Origin: Octopus vulgaris
Taxonomy: Eukaryota
Assembly (NCBI GenBank): GCA_951406725.2
Contig: OX597824.1
Location: forward strand, 19,406,001-19,470,000
Direction: 5' to 3'
DNA length: 64,000 bases
In this document: piece by piece, positions 39,180 through 51,812 of the stretch
How the letters are laid out: each line of letters starts with the position of its first letter
Position numbering within the stretch: position 1 is the first letter of the stretch
Position numbers and translations under genes: made by a program
Notes under the pieces: generated by a model
What the model saw: only the letters and a program-made list of their open reading frames with translations
The model's database searches: none
What the model was told of the DNA's origin: nothing

Positions 39180-39558
39180 TCTCTATATAAACGGCAGTTT
39201 GTCTGTGCGTGTTTCTGTGTGTCTGTTTGCTTGTACCCTCACCCTGACCACGGCTTTCAACCGATTCTGATGAAACTTGACACACACATAGCCCAATGTC
39301 ATAATTCAAAACTAACGCAGCGAAAATTTTGAAAAGTTCCCCCAGTTCTGAAAAAAATCGATAAATTCGACATGGGGTCGAGAATCAGAAACACAAACCG
39401 CAAACTGTCTAGGGGACGCAACTCCACCTTTTTTTACTCTCAAAAAAAAATTACCATCATTTTTTTCCATTTTTTTGCTATTTTTTGGCTATAACTCTCT
39501 AAAAATGCTTTATAGTTATTTCCCTTACAAACCTGAGCAACGCCGGGCGATACTGCTA

Positions 39559-39559
<1 letters not shown>
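39180..39559 (+). mobile_element. Non-autonomous Helitron
   Basis: Starts A|TCTCTATATAA, subterminal imperfect hairpin CCTGAGCAACGCCGGG, ends CTAG|T, no TSD. Confidence 0.85.
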
Positions 39560-39607
<48 letters not shown>

Positions 39608-39766
39608 AAATAAGTTCAAAAAGAACAATTCAAACTTTTTGAGAGATCCAGAAAGGGAGAAAAAAATTATTCCTAACAAAAATTCATCATTTCTATATTT
39701 AAGAAATACGGAATTATGTGCATTATTTACATTCGACGGATATTTGTCCTCATCTTGATTGTTGTT

Positions 39767-39812
39767 AACACAACGTTTCGGCTGATATACCCTCCAGACT
39801 TCATCAGGTGTC
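39767..39812 (-). ncRNA. Minimal type I hammerhead motif (Penelope-type) in element about 39600-39860
   Basis: Minus: GACAC-CTGATGA-A-GTCTG-gagggtatat-CAGCC-GAAA-C-GTT-GTGTT. Confidence 0.75.
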
Positions 39813-39866
39813 TTGGGAAATTTCGAACATGCGTCCTCATTCCTAACGTATTTTTCGATGTTATTA

Positions 39867-39936
<70 letters not shown>

Positions 39937-39942
39937 CATTAT

Positions 39943-40230
39943 TCAGTAGTTTTATTTTTATAGCGTGCTTTCACTTCACTACCGAGCGCAGCTCTGTGTG
40001 CCTTGGGTATGTGCTGTGATTTGTTGTGATGCTCTGATGGTTATTGTATGGAAAGTGTTCTGCGTAGGATGTGTGCAATGCCTAATAGTGCAATTTTCTG
40101 TATGTTATATGTGTTTGTAAGTCCTGGTGTTTTTGTTATGTATTTGTCTGAATATTTTTTTATCATGCCTAATGCACCTACTATGATAGGAATTGTTTCT
40201 GTTTTTAGATTCCACATTCTGGTTACCTCT
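39943..40230 (-). mobile_element. R4/Dong-like LINE 3' end (RLE C-terminus + 3' UTR) in (TAA)n
   Basis: EVTRMWNLKTETIPIIVGALGMIKK...IQKIALLGIAHILRRTLSIQ* (stop 40041-40043); (TAA)n on both sides. Confidence 0.9.
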
Positions 40231-40254
40231 TATTATTATTATTATTATTATTAT

Positions 40255-40580
40255 TGTGCGAGACTGGCCAGTATAAATGGACCAGTTCTCAGGTTTCGCC
40301 TGTAATTTCAAAAAGGTAATGTAAAAGGAGAAAAAAGGGACTCTCTACACCCCTTTTTTGACCAGGCTCCCGTTGGCTTTTGTAGGGTTTTTTTCCACCA
40401 GGAACCTTTCGAAACGTCCCCCCCTTTTGGGAGTTTTTCATTGTTGAATTTTTTAAATTGTTATAAAGATTTTTACTCGATGTTTTTCAAAAACGGACAA
40501 AACCCTTTGTAACCTTTCGTCCTGTTTTGTCCCTTTATGTAATCATGCGTGTCAGCCCTTGTGGCCAATAAAAAAGAATT
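40255..40580 (+). mobile_element. Putative LINE 3' end (L1/Tx1-like?)
   Basis: Short terminal peptide CARLASINGPVLRFRL*, then a UTR ending TCAGCCCTTGTGGCCAATAAAAAAGAA; clade is a guess. Confidence 0.45.
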
Positions 40581-40600
40581 TATTATCATCATCATCATCA

Positions 40601-40670
<70 letters not shown>

Positions 40671-41616
40671 GCATGTATAAATGTGTAGGTCATAAACCCA
40701 CCACCGGTCACTGTTTATATGTTTGTGTGAATGTTCGACCTCAAAAATCTGCGGTATATTCATGAGAGGAAAAGAGCAACGGGTGGTCGAGGGCAAGATG
40801 GAACAGGCCACAGAAAGAGCCTCTTTGTTAGTTAAGGAATTAAAGCAGGAAGAAACAGAAGGAGATGATGAGCAGTGATTTGGCCACCTCTTCTGAGGAT
40901 GTTACTGTTCAGGTTCGAACACACACAAACATTTATATATCTTTTTTATTTTTTAATGGTTTTAGCCAGAGATCGAGACCGAGCTGGAGCAACGCCTGTA
41001 ACAGATACGTCTTTTGATCTGGCCATGCTGGGGCACCGTCTTGAAGAATATTAATCGAACAGGTCAACAACCAGAGTACTTATTTTTGCCGAACCGCTAA
41101 ATTATGGGGACGTAAACACACCATCACCGGTTATACACACACACACGCACACACACACACACACGCACACACACACACACACACGCACACACACATATAT
41201 GACACCGTATATATTGACCGGTGTTGTTCAAACGATGAATAGCCTTCGTGTAAACCAATTGGTTCGTTTTGTTCTCTTACTTTATTGTTATTATTATCAT
41301 CTTATAATCATCTCATAATAATGACCTTTATGACTCGTATTTTTACCTCAGTCAATCTAAATGTATATATTTGTCACTACCTGTCATAAATAGCCTTTTT
41401 CTATCTGCAATATGCATTTTCGTTGATTTTTCATATTTTACCTTTACATTTCCACGTGTATTTTATATTTTCTTTTCGTAACATATTTCTACTATATATA
41501 TATATATATATATATATAGTTAATCCAAACAAGAAAGCACAAAAAAACACAACAACGCAAGGACGTGGAACAAATATAGTATTATTGGACGCTCAGGAAA
41601 GAAGGGAAGAAGGAGG

Positions 41617-41651
41617 GTTTAACGTTTCGAGCGGAGCTCTTCGTCGGGAAC
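41617..41651 (-). ncRNA. Minimal hammerhead-like motif, core CCGACGA, in element 41520-41712
   Basis: Minus: GTTC-CCGACGA-A-GAGC-tcc-GCTC-GAAA-C-GTT-AAAC. Confidence 0.55.
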
Positions 41652-41707
41652 ATAGGAGAAGGAAAGATCCAGAGAAGGGAAGACAGAGGAAAAAAATCGC
41701 CAACGGT

Positions 41708-41759
<52 letters not shown>

Positions 41760-42059
41760 TTAAAGAAGACAGAAAATGGAGAAATACTGATGAACATCAA
41801 TAGACTTACATCAATGATTATTTATTAATTCAATACAAATAGACTGCATCCCATCTAACAGCTGTTTCTGCTTCCAGTGTTATATGGTATTGCCATTGAT
41901 ATGCTGAAATACACAAACATTTATATATCTTTTATCTTTTACTGGTTTTAGCCAGAGGACGAGGCCAAGCTGGAGCACCGCCTATAACAGATACGTCTTT
42001 TGATCTTTCAGTGAAGAATAACTAAAGAAGAAGAACATAGAAAAGAAAAAGGGAAAAGG

Positions 42060-42265
42060 TTTGTGTGTCCGTCCCCACAACATCGCTTGACAACTGATGC
42101 TGGTGTGTTTACGTTCCCGTAACTGATTGGTTCGGTTCGGCAAAAAAAAAACCGATAGAATAAGTACTAGGATTACAAAGAATAAGTCCTAGGGTCGATT
42201 TGCTCGATTAAAGGTGGTGCTCCAGCATGGCCGCAGTCAAATGACTGAAACAAGTAAAACAGTAT
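42060..42265 (+). mobile_element. SINE-A 3' half
   Basis: Homology to other A copies. Confidence 0.85.
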
Positions 42266-42301
42266 TAGATAATATATGTTTGTTTTTGTTTTTTTTGTTT
42301 T

Positions 42302-42510
42302 TCCAGTTTCAGCTCTTGAGCTGTGGCCATGCTGGGGCACCGCCATTGTGGTGAAAGAGTACAGCAGGGATCACCACCCCCTGCCAGAGCCTCGTAGAGC
42401 TTTAGGTGTTTTCGCTCAATAAACACACACAACGCCCAGTCTGAGAATCGAAACCTCGATCCTGCGACCGCGAGTCCGCTGCCCTAACCACTAGGCCATT
42501 GCGCCTCTAC
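42302..42510 (-). mobile_element. Short SINE: head B + GGCGGTGCCCCAGCATGGCC tail
   Basis: B head truncated at CTCTTTCACCAC joined to an A-like tail; same tail alone at 39120-39165. Confidence 0.8.
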
Positions 42511-42511
42511 A

Positions 42512-42564
<53 letters not shown>

Positions 42565-42582
42565 TTTGTGTACATGTATGAG

Positions 42583-42636
<54 letters not shown>

Positions 42637-43064
42637 TATATGTATGTATGTATGTGTGTGTGTATATATGAGGGTAGAGAGGGGAAAAGGCAGAGGGGGT
42701 AGAAGTCAGTAAACACGGACAGAGAATGTGAAGGAGTTATGATAAGAGGGTAAGATAGAGAAAAAAACACGAGAATGAATAATAGAGAGCAAGAGAGAGA
42801 ATGAGAGAGAATGAGAGAGAGAATGAGAGAGAATGAAAGAGAGAGAGAGAGAATGGAGAGAGAGAGAGAGAGAGAGAGAATGGAAGAGAGAGAGAGAGAG
42901 AAAGGGAGAGGGAGACGGACAGAGAGGCTGGTAGACAGACTGATAGACAGACAGACAGACAGTATTGTCTAAACGTGATCCAGCATGTGGTAATATATAT
43001 TGAGACTGTCAGATAACATTATTGATGTCAATAACTGGTCAAACATACTTGATCTTTGAGTCAT

Positions 43065-44080
43065 GGCGGCGGCGGCGGCGGTGGTGGTGGAGACGGTGGG
43101 GGTGGGTGTGATAGCGGTGGGGGGGGGGGGGGGTGATGGTCGTGGTCGTAGTCGTAGTCGTGGTCGTAGTCGTAGTCGTGGTCGTAGTCGTAGTCGTGGT
43201 CGTGGTGGTCACGGTAGCGGTAGTGACGGCAGTGGTAGTGATAGTGGAGGCAGCGGCGACGGCGTTGGTGATGGTGGTAGTGGTGGTGGTGATGATGATG
43301 GTGGTGGTGGTGGTGGTGGTGGTGGTGGTGTTGGTGGCGGTGGCTGCAGTATTAGTGGTAGTGGTGTTGATGGTGGTGGTGGTGGTGGCGGCAGCGGCGG
43401 GGGTAGTGGTGATAGTGATAATGGTGGTGGTGGTGGTGGTGGTGGTGATGATAGTGGAGTAGGTGGTGATAGTGGTGGTGGTGATGGTGGTGGTAGTGGT
43501 GGTGGTGGTGGTGGTGGTGGTGGTGGTAGTGGTGGTGGTGGTGATGGTGGTGGTGTTGATGGTGGTAGTTGCTGTGGTGTCGGGTTGTATCATGTCGGAA
43601 TAGTTTCTCCGACATGAGAATGTGGGAGGAGGGGCAGGTGTGATGGCGGTAGTGGAATATGGCAATGGTTGTTGTTGTTCTTGTTGTTGTTGTTTAACCC
43701 AAGGCCAGACCTGACAAAACGGGATAAGATATGCCAGCCGTGACCAACCCATAGATTTTCCTATGTGCAAGAACCCACTGCCGTGACATGACGATGCCAC
43801 GTCGACAGTGTTAGCAGGGATGGCGATGGTAGCGGTGGTGATGGTGGTGGCGGTGGTGTTGATGGTGCTAGTGGTGGTGGTGCAGATGCTAGTGATGGTG
43901 GTGGTGGTGGCGGTGGTGTTGATGGTGCTAGTGGTGGGGGGGGTAGTGGTGGTGTTAGTGGTGGTGGTGATGATGGTGGTGGTGGTGGTGGTGGTGGTGG
44001 TGGTGGTGGTGGTGGTGGAGTGGTGGAGTGGTGGAGTGGTGGAGTTGCGATGGTGTTCGAAGTGGTCATGGTGGTAGTGG
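43065..44080. repeat. (GGT)n-rich array
   Basis: Directly visible; complementary (ACC)n array at 44975-45655. Confidence 0.93.
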
Positions 44081-44193
44081 TATTTCCTGAGAAACACTCC
44101 ACTCGAGTTCTGGGCTATCAATATTGTCGGATTCCAGATTAAATACCAAAATTATTCGGGTGCAGAAGATCCTTGTTTCACGACCGTAAAACC

Positions 44194-44800
44194 TATTTCT
44201 TTACTACCCACAAGGGGCTAAACACAGAGAGGACAAACAAGAACAGACAAACGGATTAAGTCGATTATATCGACCCCAGTGCGTAACTGGTACTTATTTA
44301 ATCGACCCGGAAAGGATGAAAGGCAAAGTCAACCTCGGCGGAATTTGAACTCAGAACGTAACAGCTGACGAAATACCTATTTCCTTACTAACCACAAGGG
44401 ACTAAACACAGAGAGGACAAACAAGGACAGACAAAGAGATTAAGTCGATTATATCGACACCAGTGCGTAACTGGTACTTAATTTATCGACCCCCGAAAGG
44501 ATGAAAGGCAAAGTCGACCTCGGCGGAATTTGAACTCAAAACGTAGCGGCAGTCGAAATACCTATTTCTATTTCTTTACTACCCACAAAGGGCCAAACAT
44601 AGAGGGAACAAACAAGTACAGACAAAGGGATTAAGTCGATTACATCGACACCAGTGCGTAACTGGTACTTAATTTATCGACCCCCGAAAGGATGAAAGGC
44701 AAAGTCGACCTCAGCGGAATTTGAACTCAGAACGTAACGGCAGACGAAATGCCGCTAAGCATTTCGCCCGACGTGCTAACGTTTCAGCCAGCTCACCGCC
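44194..44800 (-). mobile_element. SINE-C trimer (one head, three bodies of about 184 bp)
   Basis: Units at about 44194, 44378 and 44569; junction GAAATACCTATTTC. Confidence 0.92.
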
Positions 44801-44974
44801 CTCAACTTAGTTCTTGCCCATGCTAATTATAGCAGCCAAATCTCCTCGCTTGTTTGAAAAGGAAAGGGGCAACCACCACCTAGTCCTGGATACTCTTACA
44901 AAACAGGGAACGCTTGACCGGAGAGTATTTCATTATAGATCTGTCCGAGTCAGAGTGACCAGGGGCTAAAGAAA

Positions 44975-45655
44975 AACCACCACTACCATCACTGCGACCA
45001 TAACCTCCGTCACCACAATTACCACCAATACCATCATAATGTTTGTGCAATAATGTTATTCTCACCATCACCACCACCACCACCACTAACAATGCCATCA
45101 CCTAAACCACCACGATCACCAGCTCTACTACTACCACTACCACCACCATCAGCTTCGCCAACTACCACCATCACCATAACTACCACTATCACTACCACCA
45201 CCACCACCACCACCACCACCACCACTACCACCACCATTACTGCTATCACTCTCCTCACCGCCGTCTCCACTGGCACCAGCATCACCATAATCACCTCCAC
45301 TATGTCATCACCACCACTACCACTACCACCACCACCATCACCACCACCAACACCACCACTACAACCATCACCACCACCATCACCACCACCACCACCCTCA
45401 CCACCACCACCATCACCACCACCACACTCACCACCACCATCACCTCCACCATCACCACACTAACCTCACCACCTCCACCATCACCACCACCACCACTACC
45501 ACCACCACCGCCATTACTGCTATCGCTCTCCCCACCGCCGTCTCCACTATATCACCAGCATCACCGTAATCACCCCCCCACTACGTCATCACCACCGCCG
45601 CCACCACTAACACCAACACCACCACCACCGCCGCCTCCTATCCCTCTCCGCCGCC
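44975..45655. repeat. (ACC)n-rich array
   Basis: Directly visible. Confidence 0.93.
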
Positions 45656-45949
45656 CCAATGGCCACCTCACATTAGGACTTTGTCTGACCAAGCTGTCCT
45701 TATCACAAACAACACGACGTACTTTGTAATCAATGTTGAACTAAAGGTTTTAGAACAATGTCGTATCAGCAGGACGCTGGCTGTGGTGTGGGGCATGGGT
45801 GGATGGGGGGATGGGGGGATGGGTGCGTTTGCGCGCGCGCGCATGTAGGGATGTGGCGTATGTACGTATGTGTGTGTGTGTGTGTTGATGCGGATGTAGT
45901 ATGTGTTTCTGTTTGGTATGCAGCGAACCTCGTGGTTTCACGGATTTCG

Positions 45950-46027
<78 letters not shown>

Positions 46028-46076
46028 GAACGAGATAGAGAGTGAGGGGGAGACACAGAAATACAGATAGACAGAC

Positions 46077-46167
<91 letters not shown>

Positions 46168-46190
46168 CAGACAAACAGACAGACAGATAT

Positions 46191-46275
<85 letters not shown>

Positions 46276-46395
46276 GATTGAGAGAGAGAGAGAAAGATAG
46301 AATTGGAAAAAGAAAGGCCTTGATGCGGTATTAGATATGAATAGAAATACGAATAAAATACCTCACGATTTATATATATATATATGTGTATATAT

Positions 46396-46589
46396 GCTTC
46401 GACTATCGCGGGTGTTTCGCAGGTGAAAATCCGCGAAGTAGAAACAGTACTGTACTGTATATTTTTTATTTTTATAATTTTTATATATTTATTTTATTAT
46501 AAATGCAAAACAACACCGCGGAAGAATCGACTTAAGCTTAACTAATAAACCGCGATAGGTGAAGCGTGATATGTGGCCAGGGATTACTG
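46396..46589. mobile_element. Tigger-like MITE
   Basis: Ends CCGCGATAGGTGAAGCGTGATATGTGGCCAGGGATTACTG|TA, the inverse of the TIR at 37168. Confidence 0.7.
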
Positions 46590-46604
46590 TATGTGTGTTT
46601 ATGC

Positions 46605-46670
<66 letters not shown>

Positions 46671-46676
<6 letters not shown>

Positions 46677-47290
46677 TAAGTAGCTTGCTAACCAATCACA
46701 CGGTTCCGGGTTCAGTCCCACTGCGTGGCACCTTGGGCAAGTGTCTTCTACTATAGCCTCGGGCCGACCAAAGCCTTGTGAGTGGATTTGGTAGACGGAA
46801 TTTGAAAGAATCCCGTCGTATATATGTATATATATATGTGTGTGTGTGTGTGTGTGAGTTTGTGTGTCTGTGTTTGTCCCTCCAACATTGCTTGACAACC
46901 GATGGTGGTGTGTTTACGTCCCCGTCACTTAGCGGTTCGGCAAAAAAGACCGATAGAATAAGTACTAGTCTTACAAAGAATAAGTCCTGGGGTCGATTTG
47001 CTCGACTAAAGGTGGTGCTCCAGCATTGCCGCAGTCAAATGACTGAAACAAGTAAAAGAGTAAAAGAGAGTGTATATATATATATAGGTATATATATATA
47101 TATATAACAATAATATTAGGGAGTAAAACCAATATATATATGGTTCCGTGTTCAGTCCCACCGCGTGGCACCTTGGCTAAGTGTCTTCTACTGTAAAAGA
47201 CTTGTGAGTGGATTTGGTACACGGAAACTGAAAGAAGCCCGTCGTCTATATATGTGTGTGTATGTGTGTGTTTGTGTGTGTCTATGCTAG
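46671..47290 (+). mobile_element. SINE-A (46671-47070) and partial copy (47140-47290)
   Basis: Homology to other A copies. Confidence 0.88.
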
Positions 47291-47574
47291 TGTGTATGTG
47301 CAAACGTTTGTATGTATGCATCGCGTATGACTGACTCGACGGATGGAAGTAAGAATGTATTTCACACAGAGAAAAGAGAATATATATAGAGAGAGAGACG
47401 TATATATATATATATATGTGTGTGTGTGTATGTATCCATGTATATACATTTCTACATGCAAACTTGTTACCAGTTCAAATATGCTCGAAGCGTATTCAAA
47501 AGCCATTCACTGTATTTTTGACAAACAGCTGTAAACACACCGTATCAATTCGCAGTGTTTCTTGACCAGACTGT

Positions 47575-47616
47575 TGGATGTATGAATTTCGGAGCGCTTT
47601 CTCCTCTTCAGCACCA
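47575..47616 (-). ncRNA. Degenerate hammerhead-like motif
   Basis: Minus: TGGTG-CTGAAGA-GGAG-aaagcg-CTCC-GAAA-TTCA-TA-CATCCA; stem III is one change from palindrome ATGCAT. Confidence 0.45.
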
Positions 47617-47784
47617 GAAACCGGAAAAGCAGATGCTGCAAACTGTCAAGAGAGACTGCCTTTCTTATTATATTTCCGTCATCATAAAATGACTGGTTAC
47701 ACTTGTCAGCAGCTTGTGTAAATAAAACGCGAGACGAAAGCGATAAGCAGACATATATATGTATGTATACGATAAGCAGATTTA

Positions 47785-47865
<81 letters not shown>

Positions 47866-47971
47866 ATGTATGTATGTATATAGGGAGAGTTCACGAAAAA
47901 CCAAAAGACGAAGACAGGTGGTGTACAAAACAAACAGATGTATTAGTATAACGCTCAGGAATTGAAAAAAT

Positions 47972-48007
47972 CTTTTACGTTTCGAGCCTACGCTCTTCTA
48001 CAGAAAG
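47972..48007 (-). ncRNA. Minimal hammerhead-like motif, core CTGTAGA, in element 47880-48080
   Basis: Minus: CTTT-CTGTAGA-A-GAGC-gtag-GCTC-GAAA-C-GTA-AAAG; homolog at 60310-60512. Confidence 0.55.
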
Positions 48008-48194
48008 GGAAAGGGAAAAAAAAAACAAGTAAAGAAACAAGGACAGAGAAAAAAATAAGTGTAGTGGCTACCGATCTATATATTATATTATTAATAATAA
48101 TAATAATAAATATGTGTATATATATCATCATCATCATCATCATTATTATTAATAATAATAATGATGATGATGATGATGATGATAATATATATAT

Positions 48195-48258
<64 letters not shown>

Positions 48259-48263
48259 AAATA

Positions 48264-48360
48264 TTCGTCGCTTTGAAACCGCGACCTGTTCACTGACAAA
48301 ATTTCGTGATACATAGCACAAATTTTGTCAGTGTACAGGTCGCGGTTTCAAACCGACGAA
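48264..48360. repeat. Hairpin with 41-bp arms
   Basis: Arms 48264-48304 and 48320-48360 pair with 2 mismatches. Confidence 0.92.
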
Positions 48361-48500
48361 AATATTATGACACAAATGAAATTTAAATGTTGAAGTTAAA
48401 CTAACGCTTTTCTGTGTTTTCTTGAATGACTGACAATTGCTTTTGTTTCGGCACAGAATCTCAGATCAAGTCACTTGCTATGCAAGTACATCTCCGTAAT

Positions 48501-48971
48501 ATATTCACTTAGTTTGTCGAATTCCTTTACAGATATATTCTTATCAGTGGGAACACTTACATCTACTAGTCTACAAGTATTTTCTTCCTTCTCTTTAATT
48601 ATTACATCTGGTCAATTAGCCTGAAACGTTCTGTCAGTGTTGACTGGGAAATCCCAGTGGATAGTGACATATATGACGACTGGCTCAGGATGATGTTTAT
48701 ACCAGTAAACAGGAGTGCTGATTTTGTAGTGTTTACATATTTTCCAGTGTAAATACTTGTTCTAACCTATCGTGGCGATTTTTGCTTTAGTTTGGTGTCA
48801 GCACATGACATCCAGAGACGAAATGGCCAATGGTTTCTTCAGATGTGTCGCAGAATCTGCATTTAGGGTCAGAACCATTTTGAAGAACATTAGCCTGGTA
48901 GTTTTTTGAGAGCAAGCTTTGATCTTGTGCTGCCAATATGAAAACGTCGGTCTCTGCTTTCAGTACTGAAC
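48501..48971 (-). mobile_element. R4/Dong-like LINE fragment (CCHC + PD..D endonuclease region), decayed
   Basis: LKAETDVFILAAQDQSL...CRFC..EETIGHFVSGC...HWKICKHY...IHWDFPVNTDRTFQAN*PDVII...CRLVDVSVP..KEFDKLSEY with stops and frameshifts. Confidence 0.88.
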
Positions 48972-48975
48972 TTAT

Positions 48976-49049
<74 letters not shown>

Positions 49050-49052
<3 letters not shown>

Positions 49053-49514
49053 GATGGGCTACAGCAAATATTCTGCTCAATACCACAGATTTGCTTGTCA
49101 GTTGTTTGACCTTAACCAGTTGAGCATGTCCCTTAGTGGCTGACGATATGTGCATCTCTGATCACGAGCAGAAGTAGTGGGGGAGCATCATAGCCATGTG
49201 TTGAGAGGGATTCTTTGGGGTTTGAATAGTTCACCTCTGGAAACATGGGTGGTTCTTTCAACATCCTTAAACAACCCTTATTCAGGGACCGTTTGAGCGG
49301 GATGGGCTACTCAACCTGAAGAAAATTCTAACTGGGCCCCACCTGCAAGGAAATGTGCTGTTTATCTTGATATGAGATCACCATGTCGCCCACATATGGT
49401 TGTGATGCATGTGCCTGGTGTACCTTTATCAGACGGGTAGTCATGATGGGTATATTGGGCTTCGTATATTTTACCCCAGTGTCACTTTGATTGGCATGAA
49501 CTGCTCTCTCACTC

Positions 49515-49516
<2 letters not shown>
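49050..49516 (+). mobile_element. (TAA)n-associated element, third copy
   Basis: Reverse-complement homolog of 9644-10140; flanked by (TAA)n 48972-49048 and 49516-49610. Confidence 0.8.
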
Positions 49517-49577
<61 letters not shown>

Positions 49578-49661
49578 TATGATGATAATAATAATAATAA
49601 TAATAATAATGGAAATAAGCCACGAAGAGAGAAGCAGGGTTTCGAGGTGCAATCGTTGACA

Positions 49662-49717
<56 letters not shown>

Positions 49718-50124
49718 GTAGTAGTATAGCTGTTATCGTTGTTGCTATAAGTCAGTTGGTTCTATTCATTCATTTTGTTTCCGGATGAATGAATGACTGA
49801 CTTTGCCTGCCCGTCTGTCTGGGAAGTCGAAGTAATTGTCACTCGAGATGGTATATGTGTTAAGGAGATGGTGCATAAGGTAGAGAGAAGTTTAGAAGGC
49901 GGGCCTCGGGTGAGGTGCGGGTTGGCGGGTGAGTGCTGTGTCACCAGATAAATATTATTAAACCTGATTGATATTCCTGACAATAGCAACAAAGGCTTTG
50001 GACAGCAGCGATAACAACTTCAGAAATTTGTGTTTGGATAAATCTTAATTGTGACATTATTGTCCCTCAACCTCTCCCCTTTTTGCTCTCTCCATTGCCC
50101 TCCACCCACCGTGTATGTATACGT

Positions 50125-50600
50125 GTGTGGTAAATAATAGCTTGCGTACCAATCACGTGGTTCTGGGTTCAGACCCACTGAGTAGTACCTATTTCTTTAT
50201 TACCCACTAGGGGCTAAACACAGAGGGGACAAACAAGGACAGACATAGGTATTAAGTCAATTACATCGACCCCAGTGCGTAACTGGTACTTAATTTATCG
50301 ACCCCGAAAGGATGAAAGGCAAAGTGGACCTCGGCGGAATTTGAACTCACAACGTAACGCAGACGAAATACCGCTAAGCATTTCGCCCGACGTGCTAACG
50401 TTTCCGCCAGATACGACGGACTTCTTTCAGTTTCCGTCTACCAAATCCACTCACAAGGCTTTGGTTGGTCCGTGGCTATAGTAGAAGACACTTGTTCACA
50501 CTGAGTAGTACCGTGAACAAGTGTCTTCTACTATAGCCACGGGCCGACCAAAGCCTTGTGAGTGGGTTTGGCAGACGGAAACTGAAAGAAGCCCGTCGTA

Positions 50601-50648
<48 letters not shown>

Positions 50649-50872
50649 CATGTATATGTGTTTGTGTGTCTGTGTTCGTCGCCCCCCAACGTCGCTTGAC
50701 AACCGATGCTGATGTGTTTACGCCCCCGTAACTTAGCGGGGACTTCGACAAAAGAGTCCGATAGAATAAGTACTAGGCTTACAAAGAATAAGCCCTGGGG
50801 TCGATTTGCTCGACTAAAAGGCGGTGCACCAGCATGGCCACAGTCAAATGACTGAAACAAGTAACAGAGTAA
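50125..50872 (+). mobile_element. SINE-A interrupted by SINE-C (50190-50410, minus) plus an inverted target copy
   Basis: 14-bp TSD CACTGAGTAGTACC at 50176-50189 and 50499-50512. Confidence 0.88.
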
Positions 50873-50897
50873 TATATATGTATATATATATATTACT

Positions 50898-51014
50898 CGA
50901 GGGGTGTCTGGAAAGTCTTGAGCCTTCAAGGGCTTTGAGCTTTGAAGTACCATGTTTTATTTGAAGTACCATGTTTTATTTCTTTGAAGATCATGACATT
51001 TCATACAGCCCCCC
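50898..51014. mobile_element. Small mariner-type MITE
   Basis: Imperfect TIRs CGAGGGGTGTCTGGAAAGTCTTGAGCCTTCA / TGAAGATCATGACATTTCATACAGCCCCCCG|TA. Confidence 0.6.
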
Positions 51015-51182
51015 GTATATACACACATGCGCGCGCGCACACACACATACACATACACACACACACACACATTAATATCCGAAATATTGTAGAAATGAGA
51101 ATTAGTAAAAAAAAAACAACAAAAATATAATTTGAGAGGATTGTAACGATGACGTAATTCTTCTATAAAAAAAAGCGCAAAC

Positions 51183-51545
51183 ATGGCTGTGAGGCGAAGA
51201 AAGCTTGCTTTGTAACCACAGTGGTTTCAGGTTCAATGTCACTCCGCGGCACCTTTAACCCCAAGGCACCAGTGCCCTGTGAGTGTATTTACTTTTTTAT
51301 TTACACTCACACACACACACAAATATATACTTTTATTCTTTTACTTTGTTTGTCATTTGACTGCAGCCATACTGGAGCACCGCCTTTAGGCGAACAAATC
51401 GACCCCAGGACTTATTTTTTGTAAGCCTAGTACTTATTCTATCGGTCTCTTTTGCTGAACCTCTAAGTTACGGGTATGTAAACACAGCAACGTCAGTTGT
51501 CAAGCGATAGTGGGAGGGGACAAGCACAGACTCACAAATACACAC
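51183..51545. mobile_element. SINE-A fragments (+ head 51183-51290; - 3' half 51330-51545)
   Basis: Homology to other A copies. Confidence 0.75.
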
Positions 51546-51549
51546 ACAT

Positions 51550-51766
51550 GTGGAGGCGCAATGGCCCAGTGGTTAGGGCAGCGGACTTGCGGTCGGAGGA
51601 TCGCGGTTTCGATTCCCAGACCGGGCCTTGTGTGTGTTTATTGAGCGAAAACACCTAAAAGCTCCACGAGGCTCCGGCAGGGGATGGTGGTGATCCCTGC
51701 TGTACTCATTCACCACTCTAAAGGCGGTGCTCCAGCATGGCCGCAGTCAAATGACTGAAACAAGTA
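51550..51766 (+). mobile_element. Short SINE: head B + SINE-A tail
   Basis: B head to ..TTCACCAC then TCTAAAGGCGGTGCTCCAGCATGGCCGCAGTCAAATGACTGAAACAAGT. Confidence 0.85.
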
Positions 51767-51812
51767 CAAAAAAAAAATATATATACATATAAAAAAAACA
51801 ATAATAATAAAA

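Noticed and set aside
39267-39280. CTGATGAAAC as a hammerhead
   Set aside because: No stem II; it lies in the Helitron-internal ACCGATTxTGATGAAAxTTG motif.
44194-44800. Regularly spaced repeats resembling a CRISPR array (also 37199-38010, 52838-53432)
   Set aside because: Whole units repeat with no unique spacers, no cas genes, eukaryotic context.
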